The position numbers were made by a program, and so were the translations under genes. Shown one piece after another: positions 53,038 through 62,490 of a stretch of DNA of 64,000 bases (positions are counted from its first letter, which is position 1; every line of letters starts with the position of its first letter). The notes below the pieces were generated by a model. It worked only from the letters and a program-made list of their open reading frames with translations. It was not told the origin of the DNA and did no database searches. The stretch covers positions 461-64,460 of the forward strand of contig JAFVOG010000075.1 in the NCBI GenBank assembly GCA_017505945.1. Reading direction: 5' to 3'. This stretch comes from Clostridia bacterium. GTDB lineage: Bacteria > Bacillota > Clostridia > Christensenellales > Borkfalkiaceae.

Positions 53038-53487
53038 TGTGGATAACTTAGGGTTATCCACTAAAGAACGTATGTTTGCATTGTAAAAAACTCGCAAAAA
53101 TGCTGTAAAAAACGCAAAATGGAGCAAAAATTATCGTCCAAAATTGTGGATAACCTATGCGTTATCCACCAAAAAAGACCACCTTTTCACATAAGATTTC
53201 GGGAAAAAAGCCCGTTTATCCACCGATTTTTTCATTTTTAGGTGGAATAGGTCGCAAAATCGTTAGATTTTCGATTATTGAACAAAAATGCGTGCAATAG
53301 TTATCCACAATATTTTACGGATTGATGTGGAAAAGTCCACTTATCCACATTACGGGAAGAAAAGTGAAAAACGCAACCATTGTATATTTTTATAATTTTA
53401 TTTTTTCGGCAAAAACGGGCAAAAAAATACGGAATAAGACAAATGTGTTTTTCCTTCGACAAAAGCGGTTATCCACCGTATTCCACA
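53038..53487. other. Second DnaA-box cluster in a non-coding convergent intergenic region
   Basis: Perfect boxes at 53038-53046, 53145-53153 (both TGTGGATAA), 53301-53309 and 53341-53349 (both TTATCCACA). One-mismatch boxes at 53054-53062, 53162-53170, 53216-53224 and 53469-53477. AT-rich tract around 53383-53407. Confidence 0.75.
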
Positions 53488-53489
53488 AG

Positions 53490-54689
53490 CTATCGTACCC
53501 CCCTAAAACGCACGGAGACGTCGGCGTTGCTGTATTGCAAAAGGGTGGGGGCAAGCTGGGTTTTGGACGGGTGGTGTTTTTGTAAAAGGTCTAAAAGTCC
53601 AAACGCGTCGCAACCCGTATTTTTGCATTTTTCAAACGCCGTTTCGATTTGTGCGGAAAGCCGTTTTTCCGCCGAAGAAAATACTCCGCTTGGCACGTCG
53701 CCCGAATCCGTCCCTTCGTCTTTGACGGGGGCTTTGGAATAGTCTAAAAGCCCTGCCGACAGCGTGACGTGGATTTGATAACTTGCCCTGCCGTCCTTGC
53801 CTAAAACGAGTTTATTTTTGCGCTCGTTATTTTTAATGGAAAGGGTGCAGTATTCTTCCCCTAAGCCCACGTTATAGCTTGCAAGGCGCAATTTATTTTG
53901 TACGGCGTTAAAGGCAAACGTTTCTTCTTCCGTCCAAACGCCTACGCGCCTGCCCCGTACGAACAGCGCCGTTTCCCCTGCCGAAAATACGGGTTTATCC
54001 TGCTTCTCTCCGCTTGCGCTGGACGAAGAACTGTCCGTTCCGCCTTCCGCAGTAGCAATCGCGCTGGGCGAATCGTCCTGTTGGGGTTTGGTCTTGACAA
54101 GGGGCAAGTATCCCGACGAACTTTCTCCAAAATAGCCGATAGAAAATTCGCGTAAGGTAACGGGCAGGGCAGTGCCTACCTGTTTGGCGTGGGCGGATAG
54201 GATTTTTTGTATGGCAATACTCCCCGACGGGTCGATAAGCGCGCTGACGTTGAGTAGGTCTTTGGCAAGCCCGTCGCAAGTGGCGACTAAGCAACCGTCC
54301 GACATATATTCGTCCAAAAGGAAAAATTCCAGCGCGTCGAATACGTTTTCCTGCGTCGCGTTTTCCCCTAAGATAATGAGATTGCAAAAGACGAGCTTGG
54401 GATACCAACCCGTTTTGGCGTTGATGTCCGCAAACGCGTCCGCCACCGTTTTGCCACGGCTGACGAGCTGTACCGTTTGGGTGGATTTGCCCTGTTTAGA
54501 CGATTCGGGTACGGCGATTTGCGAAGTGATGATAAACGTATCGTCCCGCCTATCTATACCCACCGCCATGACGATTGCCGTTTTTTGCGTGTCTAACGTG
54601 CCGAAATCCCCTACGAAGAAAAACACGATAAGCAGGGCTACCAGTAATAAATAATACCGAACTCCGTTACGTTGATGCGTTTGTTGCAC
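53490..54689 (-). CDS. Ger(x)C-family spore germination protein
   Basis: GTG at 54689, 8 nt after GGGAGG. IVMAVGIDRRDD...ITSQIAVP is the GerAC-type start. It has an N-terminal hydrophobic anchor without a lipobox Cys. Confidence 0.75.
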   Translation of the reverse strand: MQQTHQRNGVRYYLLLVALLIVFFFVGDFGTLDTQKTAIVMAVGIDRRDDTFIITSQIAVPESSKQGKSTQTVQLVSRGKTVADAFADINAKTGWYPKLVFCNLIILGENATQENVFDALEFFLLDEYMSDGCLVATCDGLAKDLLNVSALIDPSGSIAIQKILSAHAKQVGTALPVTLREFSIGYFGESSSGYLPLVKTKPQQDDSPSAIATAEGGTDSSSSSASGEKQDKPVFSAGETALFVRGRRVGVWTEEETFAFNAVQNKLRLASYNVGLGEEYCTLSIKNNERKNKLVLGKDGRASYQIHVTLSAGLLDYSKAPVKDEGTDSGDVPSGVFSSAEKRLSAQIETAFEKCKNTGCDAFGLLDLLQKHHPSKTQLAPTLLQYSNADVSVRFRGVR

Positions 54690-55752
54690 GTTTTTTACCT
54701 CCCGTAAAAAAGAGTAACAGTAGGGGCAGGATAAAGCCGAACACCCAAAATACGGGGTATAGGCGGTATCCAAACAGCGAATAGATAGCGTCGTAGTATT
54801 TGTTACAAAACAGCGTAAAGACGAACGCCACGACGGCGAGTATGCCCGAGCTAAGACAAGGGCTGAATTTGGGCGCGAGCCGTTTTACGCACCGCACCGT
54901 ATATAAAAAGGGCACGCAAGCATAGAAGAAGGCAAGTATGCACAAAAGATATACGAACAGTAAATCTACTCTGCCCACGACGTCGAGTGCGGGGAAGTAC
55001 TGTGCGATTTTGGAAAAAGCGTAATGTTCCCGTCCTGCCGAAGTGGAGAACACGCCGTAAAACACGACGAGAAAGAGCAGGGAGCAAATCGCTCCCACGC
55101 CGTAGCCTACGGCTATTTTTTTACCGTCCCCCTTTTGGTATTCCAACCGCAAGACAAGGGGCAATAGAAGTGCCACGTCGCAAAAGGGCATAGCGGTATA
55201 GCGCACGGCGGAAACGACGTCTTGAACGGGCGTTTTGGCAACGGGTAAAAGGGAAGATAAATCGCAGGCGGAAAACGCCATAACAATGAGTGCGAAAAAC
55301 GCGATGGGAAAGATAAACAGCGCGCCGTCGCCAAACCTACCCACCGTCTTTAAGCGTTTACAGCCGACGAACGCAAGCAATAAAAAGAAAAAGCCAAACG
55401 AAAAACTGGTCGGGGCGGTGTCGTAAAACACGGCGTAGGTGAATTTTTCCAAATCCAAAATAGGGAGCACGGCGTAAAAGAGATAGAATACCGCGTACAA
55501 CCCGTAAACGGCGTACAGTCCTTTTCCAAGCTTAGCTTGCATACGGGAAAGGAGTGTGCCTTCTCCCCTTTTTACGGCGTAGAGTACGGCGCAAAGTAGG
55601 GCAAATTGCAAAGCAAGTTGCAAAAGCGCGGGGAGCCACAAATCCCCGTTGGTGCGCCGTGCAAGCAAGGACGGGAGTTCAAGCATTTTATAGACGGGCA
55701 AGACGCAAGCGGAAAACAGCGCGATTTGTCTTGCTGGTATGGATTTTTGCAT
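54667..55752 (-). CDS. Ger(x)B-family spore germination permease
   Basis: 361 aa, about 10 TM helices. Positioned between the GerAA-like and GerAC-like genes. Confidence 0.75.
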   Translation of the reverse strand: MQKSIPARQIALFSACVLPVYKMLELPSLLARRTNGDLWLPALLQLALQFALLCAVLYAVKRGEGTLLSRMQAKLGKGLYAVYGLYAVFYLFYAVLPILDLEKFTYAVFYDTAPTSFSFGFFFLLLAFVGCKRLKTVGRFGDGALFIFPIAFFALIVMAFSACDLSSLLPVAKTPVQDVVSAVRYTAMPFCDVALLLPLVLRLEYQKGDGKKIAVGYGVGAICSLLFLVVFYGVFSTSAGREHYAFSKIAQYFPALDVVGRVDLLFVYLLCILAFFYACVPFLYTVRCVKRLAPKFSPCLSSGILAVVAFVFTLFCNKYYDAIYSLFGYRLYPVFWVFGFILPLLLLFFTGGKKRATNAST

Positions 55753-55753
55753 A

Positions 55754-57235
55754 TCAATCCCCCTTTTTCAAACGTGTTTTGTTAGGCGAGCGTAACAGTT
55801 TAGGGCGTTGTTTTAACCCAAACAAATCGTATTTTACAACGGAATCTTTCATATCGGTAAGCAGTAGCGGTGAAAAGGGCGCAAGCACGGGCACGGAGAA
55901 GTTTTCCAGCGTAAACAAATAGCACAGTAAAAACGTAGATAAAAGCACGATACCAAACGTGCCCAAGCCCCCTGCTACCAGCAGGTACAGCCACCTTAGC
56001 AAGCTACCCGTTTCCACGAAGTTGGGCACGGTGTAAAGGCAAATCCCCGAAAATGCGACGACGATAATGGCAGGCGTGGATAAGAACCCTGCCGACACCG
56101 CCGTTTCGCCCAGCACGAGCGCGCCGACAACGGAAAGGGACATACCCACGTATTTGGGCATACGGATACTGGCTTCTTTCAGCGTTTCCAACAAAAACAG
56201 CACGACGAACATTTCCAAAGCAGGGGATAGGGGGAGCTCTCGGACGGAGCTTGCCACCGTTAGAATAAGCCCAAGCGGAAGAAGTTGCATCTTAAACAGC
56301 TGTGCGGAAACGTAAAACGCAGGCAACAGTACGGCTACGAACAACGCGATAAGCCTAAGCAAGCGAAAGAGCGTCGCCATAAACGGGGAAATGAAATAGT
56401 CTTCACTGCTTTGTAAATCTTCCGTTAAAATAAACGGTGCGGTAAGCGCGATAGGCGAGCCGTCCACGAGTACGCCCACTCGCCCTTCGGCAATTTTAGC
56501 CGTAAAGATATCGGGTTTTTCCGTCGTGCCCACCGTGCGGAACAAGGTGTGCGGACGAGAAGAAAGCAAAGCCGAAACGTAGGACGACGACGGTACGTTG
56601 TCGAGTTGGACGTTTTGTAGTTTTTGTTTGACTTCTTCGACGAAACGGGGGTTTGTCGTGCCTTGCAGATAGCACACGACCACCGCCGTATCCGAACGTT
56701 TGCCCAACCGAACGGTGTCCATTTGTAATTCGGGGGTTTTCAAGCGTTTTCTAACGAGTGCCATATTCGTTTTGATATCTTCGATAAACCCTTCTCTCGG
56801 TCCTTTGACGGCAACGTCCGTAGGCGGTTCCATTACCGCGCGTACGGGGAGTAGTTTTGCCCCTACGATAAACGCTATGGGAAGGGTATCGACGAGAAGT
56901 AAGGTATTGCCGTCCAACACTTCTTGCACGCTTTCTTGCAGGGTGGGTTTGGTTTTGAATTCGGGGAAACGCACGGTGGTTGCAATTTGCGTTTGTAAGG
57001 CGCTTAGCGCAACCTTGCCCCCGTCTTTTTGCACTGTGAGCGCGGACAAGGGGCGCGCGACAAGTTCCCCTAAAAGCTGTTTGTTTACCATACCGTCCGC
57101 ATAGACGAGTGTGCACGCTACGCCGTTTTCCGTTGTAAAATCATACGTTAAAACGTCTTCGGCGGAGAGTATGTTTTTTACCGCGCCGACGTCCTTTTGT
57201 AAATTGCCCGTAAGTCCCGTCGTTTTCATATTCAT
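55754..57235 (-). CDS. Ger(x)A-family spore germination receptor subunit
   Basis: GerA-family core (PREGFIEDIKTNMALVRKRLKTPEL, C-terminal TM bundle). Start uncertain: ATG 57235 chosen, the track gives TTG at 57259. Confidence 0.8.
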   Translation of the reverse strand: MNMKTTGLTGNLQKDVGAVKNILSAEDVLTYDFTTENGVACTLVYADGMVNKQLLGELVARPLSALTVQKDGGKVALSALQTQIATTVRFPEFKTKPTLQESVQEVLDGNTLLLVDTLPIAFIVGAKLLPVRAVMEPPTDVAVKGPREGFIEDIKTNMALVRKRLKTPELQMDTVRLGKRSDTAVVVCYLQGTTNPRFVEEVKQKLQNVQLDNVPSSSYVSALLSSRPHTLFRTVGTTEKPDIFTAKIAEGRVGVLVDGSPIALTAPFILTEDLQSSEDYFISPFMATLFRLLRLIALFVAVLLPAFYVSAQLFKMQLLPLGLILTVASSVRELPLSPALEMFVVLFLLETLKEASIRMPKYVGMSLSVVGALVLGETAVSAGFLSTPAIIVVAFSGICLYTVPNFVETGSLLRWLYLLVAGGLGTFGIVLLSTFLLCYLFTLENFSVPVLAPFSPLLLTDMKDSVVKYDLFGLKQRPKLLRSPNKTRLKKGD

Positions 57236-57276
57236 AACCGAGTATGCGTGAGTTGGCAAGAATTATCCGCAAGCGG

Positions 57277-57305
57277 TTGACTTTTTTTGGGAGTTTTGCT
57301 ATACT
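57277..57305 (+). promoter_or_regulatory. Sigma-A-type promoter of the methyltransferase-rsmI operon
   Basis: TTGACT (57277-57282) - 17 nt - TATACT (57300-57305). Confidence 0.6.
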
Positions 57306-57315
57306 GATAGTGGTT

Positions 57316-58017
57316 ATGGAAGAAGTGGTTTTAGGACAATTTGAACGGGCGGAAGATATGCAATTAGACGGGCTGAAAATTATTCAGGATACCCGTTTAT
57401 ACCGCTTTACGTCCGATTCCGTTTTACTCTCTAAATTTGCGAGAGTGAAAAAGGGGGACGTGGTTGCCGATTTTTGCGCAGGGTGCGGAATCGTGGGGTT
57501 TCATACCTACGCTTTGCATAAAAACGGCTTGCCGAATTTGCCCGTAACGCTGTTCGAGTTACAGCCCGAGCTGATTGCGCTTGCTAAAAAGACGGCGAAG
57601 TGGAACGGGTTTTCCAACTTCTCGTTCGTGCAAGGCAAACTGCAAGATATGCCCGAAACGTACCGCGACGCCTTTTCGCTGGTTTTGTGCAATCCCCCGT
57701 ACGAGCGTGGCGGTTTTGACAACGAAAGCTATGAAAAGGCGATTTGTCGCAAGGAGATTACGCTGAATTTAGACGAAATCGCTAAGGCGTGTGCGTTTGC
57801 GTTGAAGTTTGGGGGCAGAGTTGCCATTTTGCACCGCGCCGATAGGGTGGCGGAGCTTATTTATACAATGAAAAAGTACAATATAGAAGTAAAACGGTTG
57901 CAATTCGTTTGCGGAAGACAGGGTGAAAAACCCTATCTCGTGATGGCGGAAGGGGTAAAGGGCGGAAAACCTGCCGTGGAATTGTTACCGACGGTTTGCA
58001 ATACAAGGGAGAATTGA
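57316..58017 (+). CDS. SAM-dependent N6-adenine methyltransferase (YabB/TrmN6-like)
   Basis: ATG at 57316. SAM motif VADFCAGCGIVG and catalytic NPPY (VLCNPPYE). Confidence 0.8.
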   Translation: MEEVVLGQFERAEDMQLDGLKIIQDTRLYRFTSDSVLLSKFARVKKGDVVADFCAGCGIVGFHTYALHKNGLPNLPVTLFELQPELIALAKKTAKWNGFSNFSFVQGKLQDMPETYRDAFSLVLCNPPYERGGFDNESYEKAICRKEITLNLDEIAKACAFALKFGGRVAILHRADRVAELIYTMKKYNIEVKRLQFVCGRQGEKPYLVMAEGVKGGKPAVELLPTVCNTREN

Positions 58018-58018
58018 T

Positions 58019-58822
58019 ATGGTATATTTTGTGGCTACGCCGATAGGGAATTTAAAGGATATTACCTATCGCGCGGTAGAAACGCTGTCCGAAGCGGACG
58101 TGATATTTTGCGAAGATACGCGCCATACGATAAAACTACTCAATGCGTACGACATTAAAAAACCGTTGTATGCGTGCCATAAGTTTAACGAGCGCGAGGC
58201 AGGGGAAAAGATTGTAGAGGCGTCGAGAAGGGGCGAAAAGGTAGCGGTGGTTAGCGACGCAGGCATGCCCGTCGTTTCCGACCCCGGCAACGAAGTTTGT
58301 AAAATGCTGACGCAGGCGGGCGAGCCATATACCGTTATCCCCGGTGCGTGTGCGTTCGTTACAGGCTTGGTATTATCTGCGCTCCCTGCCGATAAATTTA
58401 CGTTTATCGGATTTTTACCCGACAAGCAAAGCGAGAAAAAAGCCGTTTTGGAAAAGTATAAGGATTTGGATACGACGCTTATTTTTCACGTCGCACCGCA
58501 GGATTTACAAAAAACGGTACAAACTACGTATGAAGTGCTTGGCAATCGGCAAGCCGTAGCCGTGCGCGAAATTACCAAAATTCACGAAGAAGCGGTACGT
58601 TTTTGCTTGCAAGACGGTTTCCCCAAAGAACCCAAAGGGGAGTTCGTATTATGTATAGAAGGCGCAAAGCAAGGGGCTTGTCCCTTAAACGAACTTAGCG
58701 AAACGGAACATATTAGGCATTATATGCGCGCAGGCTTGGATAAAAAGGAAGCGTTAAAGCGTGCGGCTAAGGATAGGGGCGTTTCGAAATCGGCTTTGTA
58801 CCCGTTTGCCATTGATTTATAA
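58019..58822 (+). CDS. rsmI: 16S rRNA (cytidine1402-2'-O)-methyltransferase RsmI
   Basis: 267 aa. YFVATPIGNLKDITYRAVETLSEADVIFCEDTRHT is the RsmI N-terminal signature. Confidence 0.9.
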   Translation: MVYFVATPIGNLKDITYRAVETLSEADVIFCEDTRHTIKLLNAYDIKKPLYACHKFNEREAGEKIVEASRRGEKVAVVSDAGMPVVSDPGNEVCKMLTQAGEPYTVIPGACAFVTGLVLSALPADKFTFIGFLPDKQSEKKAVLEKYKDLDTTLIFHVAPQDLQKTVQTTYEVLGNRQAVAVREITKIHEEAVRFCLQDGFPKEPKGEFVLCIEGAKQGACPLNELSETEHIRHYMRAGLDKKEALKRAAKDRGVSKSALYPFAIDL

Positions 58823-58831
58823 GGAGTAGGT

Positions 58832-59566
58832 ATGGAATACTGGATTTTTGTGATATTGATTTTGCTGTGCTGTGCGTTTGCAGGTTCGGCAAGCGCGAAG
58901 GTGCATAGGACGTATAACGCTATGCAAAGCGTACCCACCAAGTCGCACGCGACGGGTAGGGATACCGCGCTCCGCTTGCTCCGTGAAAACGACGTTACGG
59001 ATATCGAAGTGGGCAGGGTAAAAGGCGTGTTGTCCGACCATTATCACCCCACGAAAAAACAAGTGAACTTATCCGAAGGGGTATATGGCGGAGACTCAGT
59101 GGCGGCGGTTGCCGTTGCCGCACACGAAATCGGACACGTAATGCAACGTAAAAAAGGGTACTTGCCCTATAAGTTGCGTTCGGTGTTAGTGCCCATTACG
59201 AATATCGGCAGTAGGCTGGCGTTTCCGTTGGTGCTTATCGGTATTTTGATGGAAGTATTTTTGGTGCGCACTGCGGATAGCGCGTACGCAAACTGGGGAT
59301 ACTACGTAGCCATTGCAGGGGTGGCGTTGTACGGCACGTCCACGTTGTTTGCTCTCGTTACGTTGCCCGTGGAATTAGACGCAAGCCGACGGGCAAAGGC
59401 TATGCTGTTAGAAACGGGAATTATCAGCGAAGACGAATTGCCGTACGCGGAAAAAATGTTGTCGGCGGCGGCGCAAACGTACCTTGCGTCGTTGCTCGTT
59501 TCGTTGGTGTATTTCTTACGGTTTGCGTGGTGGGTTTTGCGGATATTTGGACGGAGCAGGGATTAA
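58832..59566 (+). CDS. YugP-family membrane zinc metallopeptidase
   Basis: 244 aa. N-terminal TM, HEIGHVMQ zinc motif, C-terminal TM helices. Confidence 0.75.
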   Translation: MEYWIFVILILLCCAFAGSASAKVHRTYNAMQSVPTKSHATGRDTALRLLRENDVTDIEVGRVKGVLSDHYHPTKKQVNLSEGVYGGDSVAAVAVAAHEIGHVMQRKKGYLPYKLRSVLVPITNIGSRLAFPLVLIGILMEVFLVRTADSAYANWGYYVAIAGVALYGTSTLFALVTLPVELDASRRAKAMLLETGIISEDELPYAEKMLSAAAQTYLASLLVSLVYFLRFAWWVLRIFGRSRD

Positions 59567-59580
59567 GTGAATAGCGTTTA

Positions 59581-59620
59581 GGGGGGCGGATACGCACGGC
59601 GTATCCGCCCCCCTTTTTTC
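59581..59620 (+). terminator. Intrinsic terminator
   Basis: 15-bp stem ggggggcggatacgc (59581-59595) / gcgtatccgcccccc (59599-59613) followed by T6. Confidence 0.9.
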
Positions 59621-59674
59621 GTCCTGCGTATTTTAACTTGGAAATTCCACAAACTTTCCAAGGGGGAATACGCG

Positions 59675-61051
59675 GTGCAAGCAAACGAAAAAGACAAAAA
59701 GGGCGGATTTATCAAAGGCGCGGTAACGGTGGCTACGGGCGGTTTTATCGCGAAAATTATCGGCGCGCTGTATCGGATTCCGCTGACCAACTTTATCGGC
59801 GGAACGGGCATAGGCTTATATCAAATGATTTATCCTGCCTATTGCATTTTATTGACCGTTTCGGCAACGGGGATACCCTCGTCGATTGCTAAACTCACGG
59901 CAGAGCGCGTAAGTAGCGGTAAGTCGAGCAAGCCGTTGTTTGCGACGGCTATGCGCTTGTTCGTGTGGATAGGGCTTGCAGGGGCGGTAACGCTTTGTCT
60001 ATTTGCTCCGCTTTTGTCGCGGTTACAAGAGAGCAGAGAAACACTGGGCGGATATTTTGCGTTAGCGCCGTCCGTTTTCATCGTTTCCGCCATATCGGTG
60101 TTTCGGGGTTGGTTTCAAGGCAAAAACGATATGACGCCCACCGCCCTTTCGGAAATCGTGGAACAGGCGGTAAAGGTGGCGGTGGGGCTTATTTTTGCTT
60201 ACCTTTTCCGTGAGAACGTCGTAAAAGCGGTCACCTTTTTATTGCTTGCCGTAACCGTTTCCGAAGCGTTTGCCCTGCTCCTTCTTATCGTGTTATATCG
60301 TCGTGCGGATAAGGCGGACGGGGCTTTTGACGGGCAAAAGCCCAAAATGCGTAGCATTTTATCGCTTAGCGTGCCCGTGACGTTTAGCGCGATTTTGTTT
60401 CCGCTGTCGTCCCTTATCGACAGTGTGCTTGCCGTGCGCCTTATGGGCGCATATACCGATAACGCCGTTGCGTTGTACGGGTTGTTTTCGGGGGGCGCGG
60501 TAACCGTCGTAAATTTGCCCGTGTCCGTGTGCTACGGGATAGCCGTGGCGTCTATTCCTGCGATAACCAAAGCCAAAACGGAGCTTTCCGCTTGGAAAAC
60601 GCTACCCGAAGAAGAACAAAAATCGGCAAAAAAACCCAACCCCCAAAAGCGGTTGCTTTTTGCCGTCGGCTTGACGGTGGCGGTGGCTTTGCCTTGCGTT
60701 TTTGGGCTGTATTTGTTTGCCGAGCCTGCCTGCAAAATCGTCTTTCGGAACTTGAAAGGGGACGAACTACAAACGCTGGTTGCGCTGATAAAAGCCTTTT
60801 CCGTTAGCGCGTTGACTTTATCGCTCGTGCAAACGCTGTCCGCGTGCTTGACAGCGCAGGGCAAACCGCAATATTCCGCCCTTGCTATGCTGGTGGGGGT
60901 TACGGCAAAAACGGGGATTTACGCCGTGCTCATGCAAAACCCGTCCGTAGGCGTATTTGGCTTGGCACACGCGACGAATATCGGTTATACGGTTGCTTTT
61001 TCGTTGGATTTATGGTATAATATACGGTGTATCAAACGAACGAAGGAGTAG
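59675..61051 (+). CDS. MOP-superfamily flippase (SpoVB/YabM/MurJ-like polysaccharide biosynthesis protein)
   Basis: 458 aa, 12 or more TM helices. N-terminal GFIAKIIGALYRIPL is typical of this family. GTG start 8 nt after GGGGG. Confidence 0.8.
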   Translation: MQANEKDKKGGFIKGAVTVATGGFIAKIIGALYRIPLTNFIGGTGIGLYQMIYPAYCILLTVSATGIPSSIAKLTAERVSSGKSSKPLFATAMRLFVWIGLAGAVTLCLFAPLLSRLQESRETLGGYFALAPSVFIVSAISVFRGWFQGKNDMTPTALSEIVEQAVKVAVGLIFAYLFRENVVKAVTFLLLAVTVSEAFALLLLIVLYRRADKADGAFDGQKPKMRSILSLSVPVTFSAILFPLSSLIDSVLAVRLMGAYTDNAVALYGLFSGGAVTVVNLPVSVCYGIAVASIPAITKAKTELSAWKTLPEEEQKSAKKPNPQKRLLFAVGLTVAVALPCVFGLYLFAEPACKIVFRNLKGDELQTLVALIKAFSVSALTLSLVQTLSACLTAQGKPQYSALAMLVGVTAKTGIYAVLMQNPSVGVFGLAHATNIGYTVAFSLDLWYNIRCIKRTKE

Positions 61052-61054
61052 AGT

Positions 61055-62479
61055 ATGATAACGGTAATAGGGCTGGGCGTAGAAGTCGGCGATTTGACGG
61101 AAAAAGGCAAACGAAAAATACAGGAAGCTAAACAAAACGGCGAGCCCGTGTTGGTGCGGACGGCGTATACGAAGTCGTACGGTTCGGTTTTGCAAACGGG
61201 GGTAGAACACCGCTGTTTGGACGACGTATATGCGCGAAGCCGTAGCTTTGCTACGCTTGCCAAAAATTTGGCGAAAGAAGTGGCAAACGCAGGCGAAAAC
61301 GCCGTATATTTGGTGGACGGCTCGGCAACGGAAGACGTGTCGGTAAAAGCGCTTTGCAAGCGCCTTCGCGGAAAAGTAGAAATTATCGACGGCGTATCCA
61401 AGATAACCGCTATACTTAAAAAAGCCAACTTCAAAGATTGTTCTTATACGGCGGTATCGGCGTACGAACTACTTGCAGGACAAACGGAGCTTGCGCTCCC
61501 CCTTTTGGTGTACGATATGGACGACAGGGCGGTGGCAAGCGATTGTAAACTCGTGCTGGGCGAACTCTACGGTGAAGAGATTGCCGTGCGCTATCTTTGT
61601 GGAGAGAGCGTTGTCAAATGCAAGTTGTACGAAATCGACAGGCGCAAACGGTACGATTACACGTCGGCGGTGGCGATAGAACGGGTGGATTTGCTGGATA
61701 AAAGCCGTTTTTCCATTGCCGATTTGCAAGAAATTATCGTGCGTTTGAGAAAACCCGACGGCTGTCCTTGGGACAGAGTGCAAACCAACGACAGTATCAA
61801 GATGTCCCTAATCGAAGAATCGTACGAACTGGTAGATGCGATTGACAGTGGGGACGACGATAAAATTTTGGAAGAAACGGGCGACGTATTGTTGCAGGCG
61901 GTGTTTCACGCCGTATTAAAGGAAGAAACGGGTGCGTTTACGCTAACGGACGCTTTGACGGGCATTTGTCAAAAGCTCATTTCCCGTCATACGCACGTGT
62001 TCGGGCAAGACCACGCGGACAGCGAAGGCGGTGCATTAAACGTTTGGGAAAAGAATAAAATGACGGAAAAGCACCAAGTGACGTTTGCCGATTCGGTAAA
62101 CGACGTGCCCAAATGTTTCCCTGCGCTGATGCGTGCGCAAAAGGTGGGCAAACGGGCAGGCAAAGGCGGTATGGATTTTGCTTGCGTGGACGACGCGCTT
62201 TGCCGTTTGCGCGAAGAAATAGACGAGTTTATCACGGCGTACCGCTTGGGGGATAAAACGCAAGCGGAAAAGGAACTGGGCGACGTGCTGTTTTCCGCAG
62301 TCAACGTGGGGAGAAAGGCAGGCGTCGATTGTGAAAAGGCGTTGAAAGAGAGCGTCGAAAGGTTTGCCAAACGCTTTACTTTGGCGGAAAGCTACGCTTT
62401 GCAGGACGGCAGGGACGTAACCACGCTTTCCGAGGCGGAGTGGGACGAATACTACGTGCGTGCGAAAAACGCCGAATAA
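61055..62479 (+). CDS. mazG: YabN-like fusion: tetrapyrrole-methylase-like N-domain plus MazG nucleotide pyrophosphohydrolase
   Basis: 474 aa. Two MazG repeats (EESYELVDAI...EETGDVLLQ and EEIDEFITAY...KELGDVLFS). Follows the flippase gene, as yabM-yabN do in Bacillus. Confidence 0.85.
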   Translation: MITVIGLGVEVGDLTEKGKRKIQEAKQNGEPVLVRTAYTKSYGSVLQTGVEHRCLDDVYARSRSFATLAKNLAKEVANAGENAVYLVDGSATEDVSVKALCKRLRGKVEIIDGVSKITAILKKANFKDCSYTAVSAYELLAGQTELALPLLVYDMDDRAVASDCKLVLGELYGEEIAVRYLCGESVVKCKLYEIDRRKRYDYTSAVAIERVDLLDKSRFSIADLQEIIVRLRKPDGCPWDRVQTNDSIKMSLIEESYELVDAIDSGDDDKILEETGDVLLQAVFHAVLKEETGAFTLTDALTGICQKLISRHTHVFGQDHADSEGGALNVWEKNKMTEKHQVTFADSVNDVPKCFPALMRAQKVGKRAGKGGMDFACVDDALCRLREEIDEFITAYRLGDKTQAEKELGDVLFSAVNVGRKAGVDCEKALKESVERFAKRFTLAESYALQDGRDVTTLSEAEWDEYYVRAKNAE

Positions 62480-62490
62480 CGGGGGCAGGT

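Noticed and set aside
53322-53742. Track ORFs 53322..53585 and 53380..53742 inside or next to the second DnaA-box cluster.
   Set aside because: They have no RBS and are low-complexity. The second overlaps the GerC-like gene antisense. The region is better explained as non-coding DnaA-box DNA.
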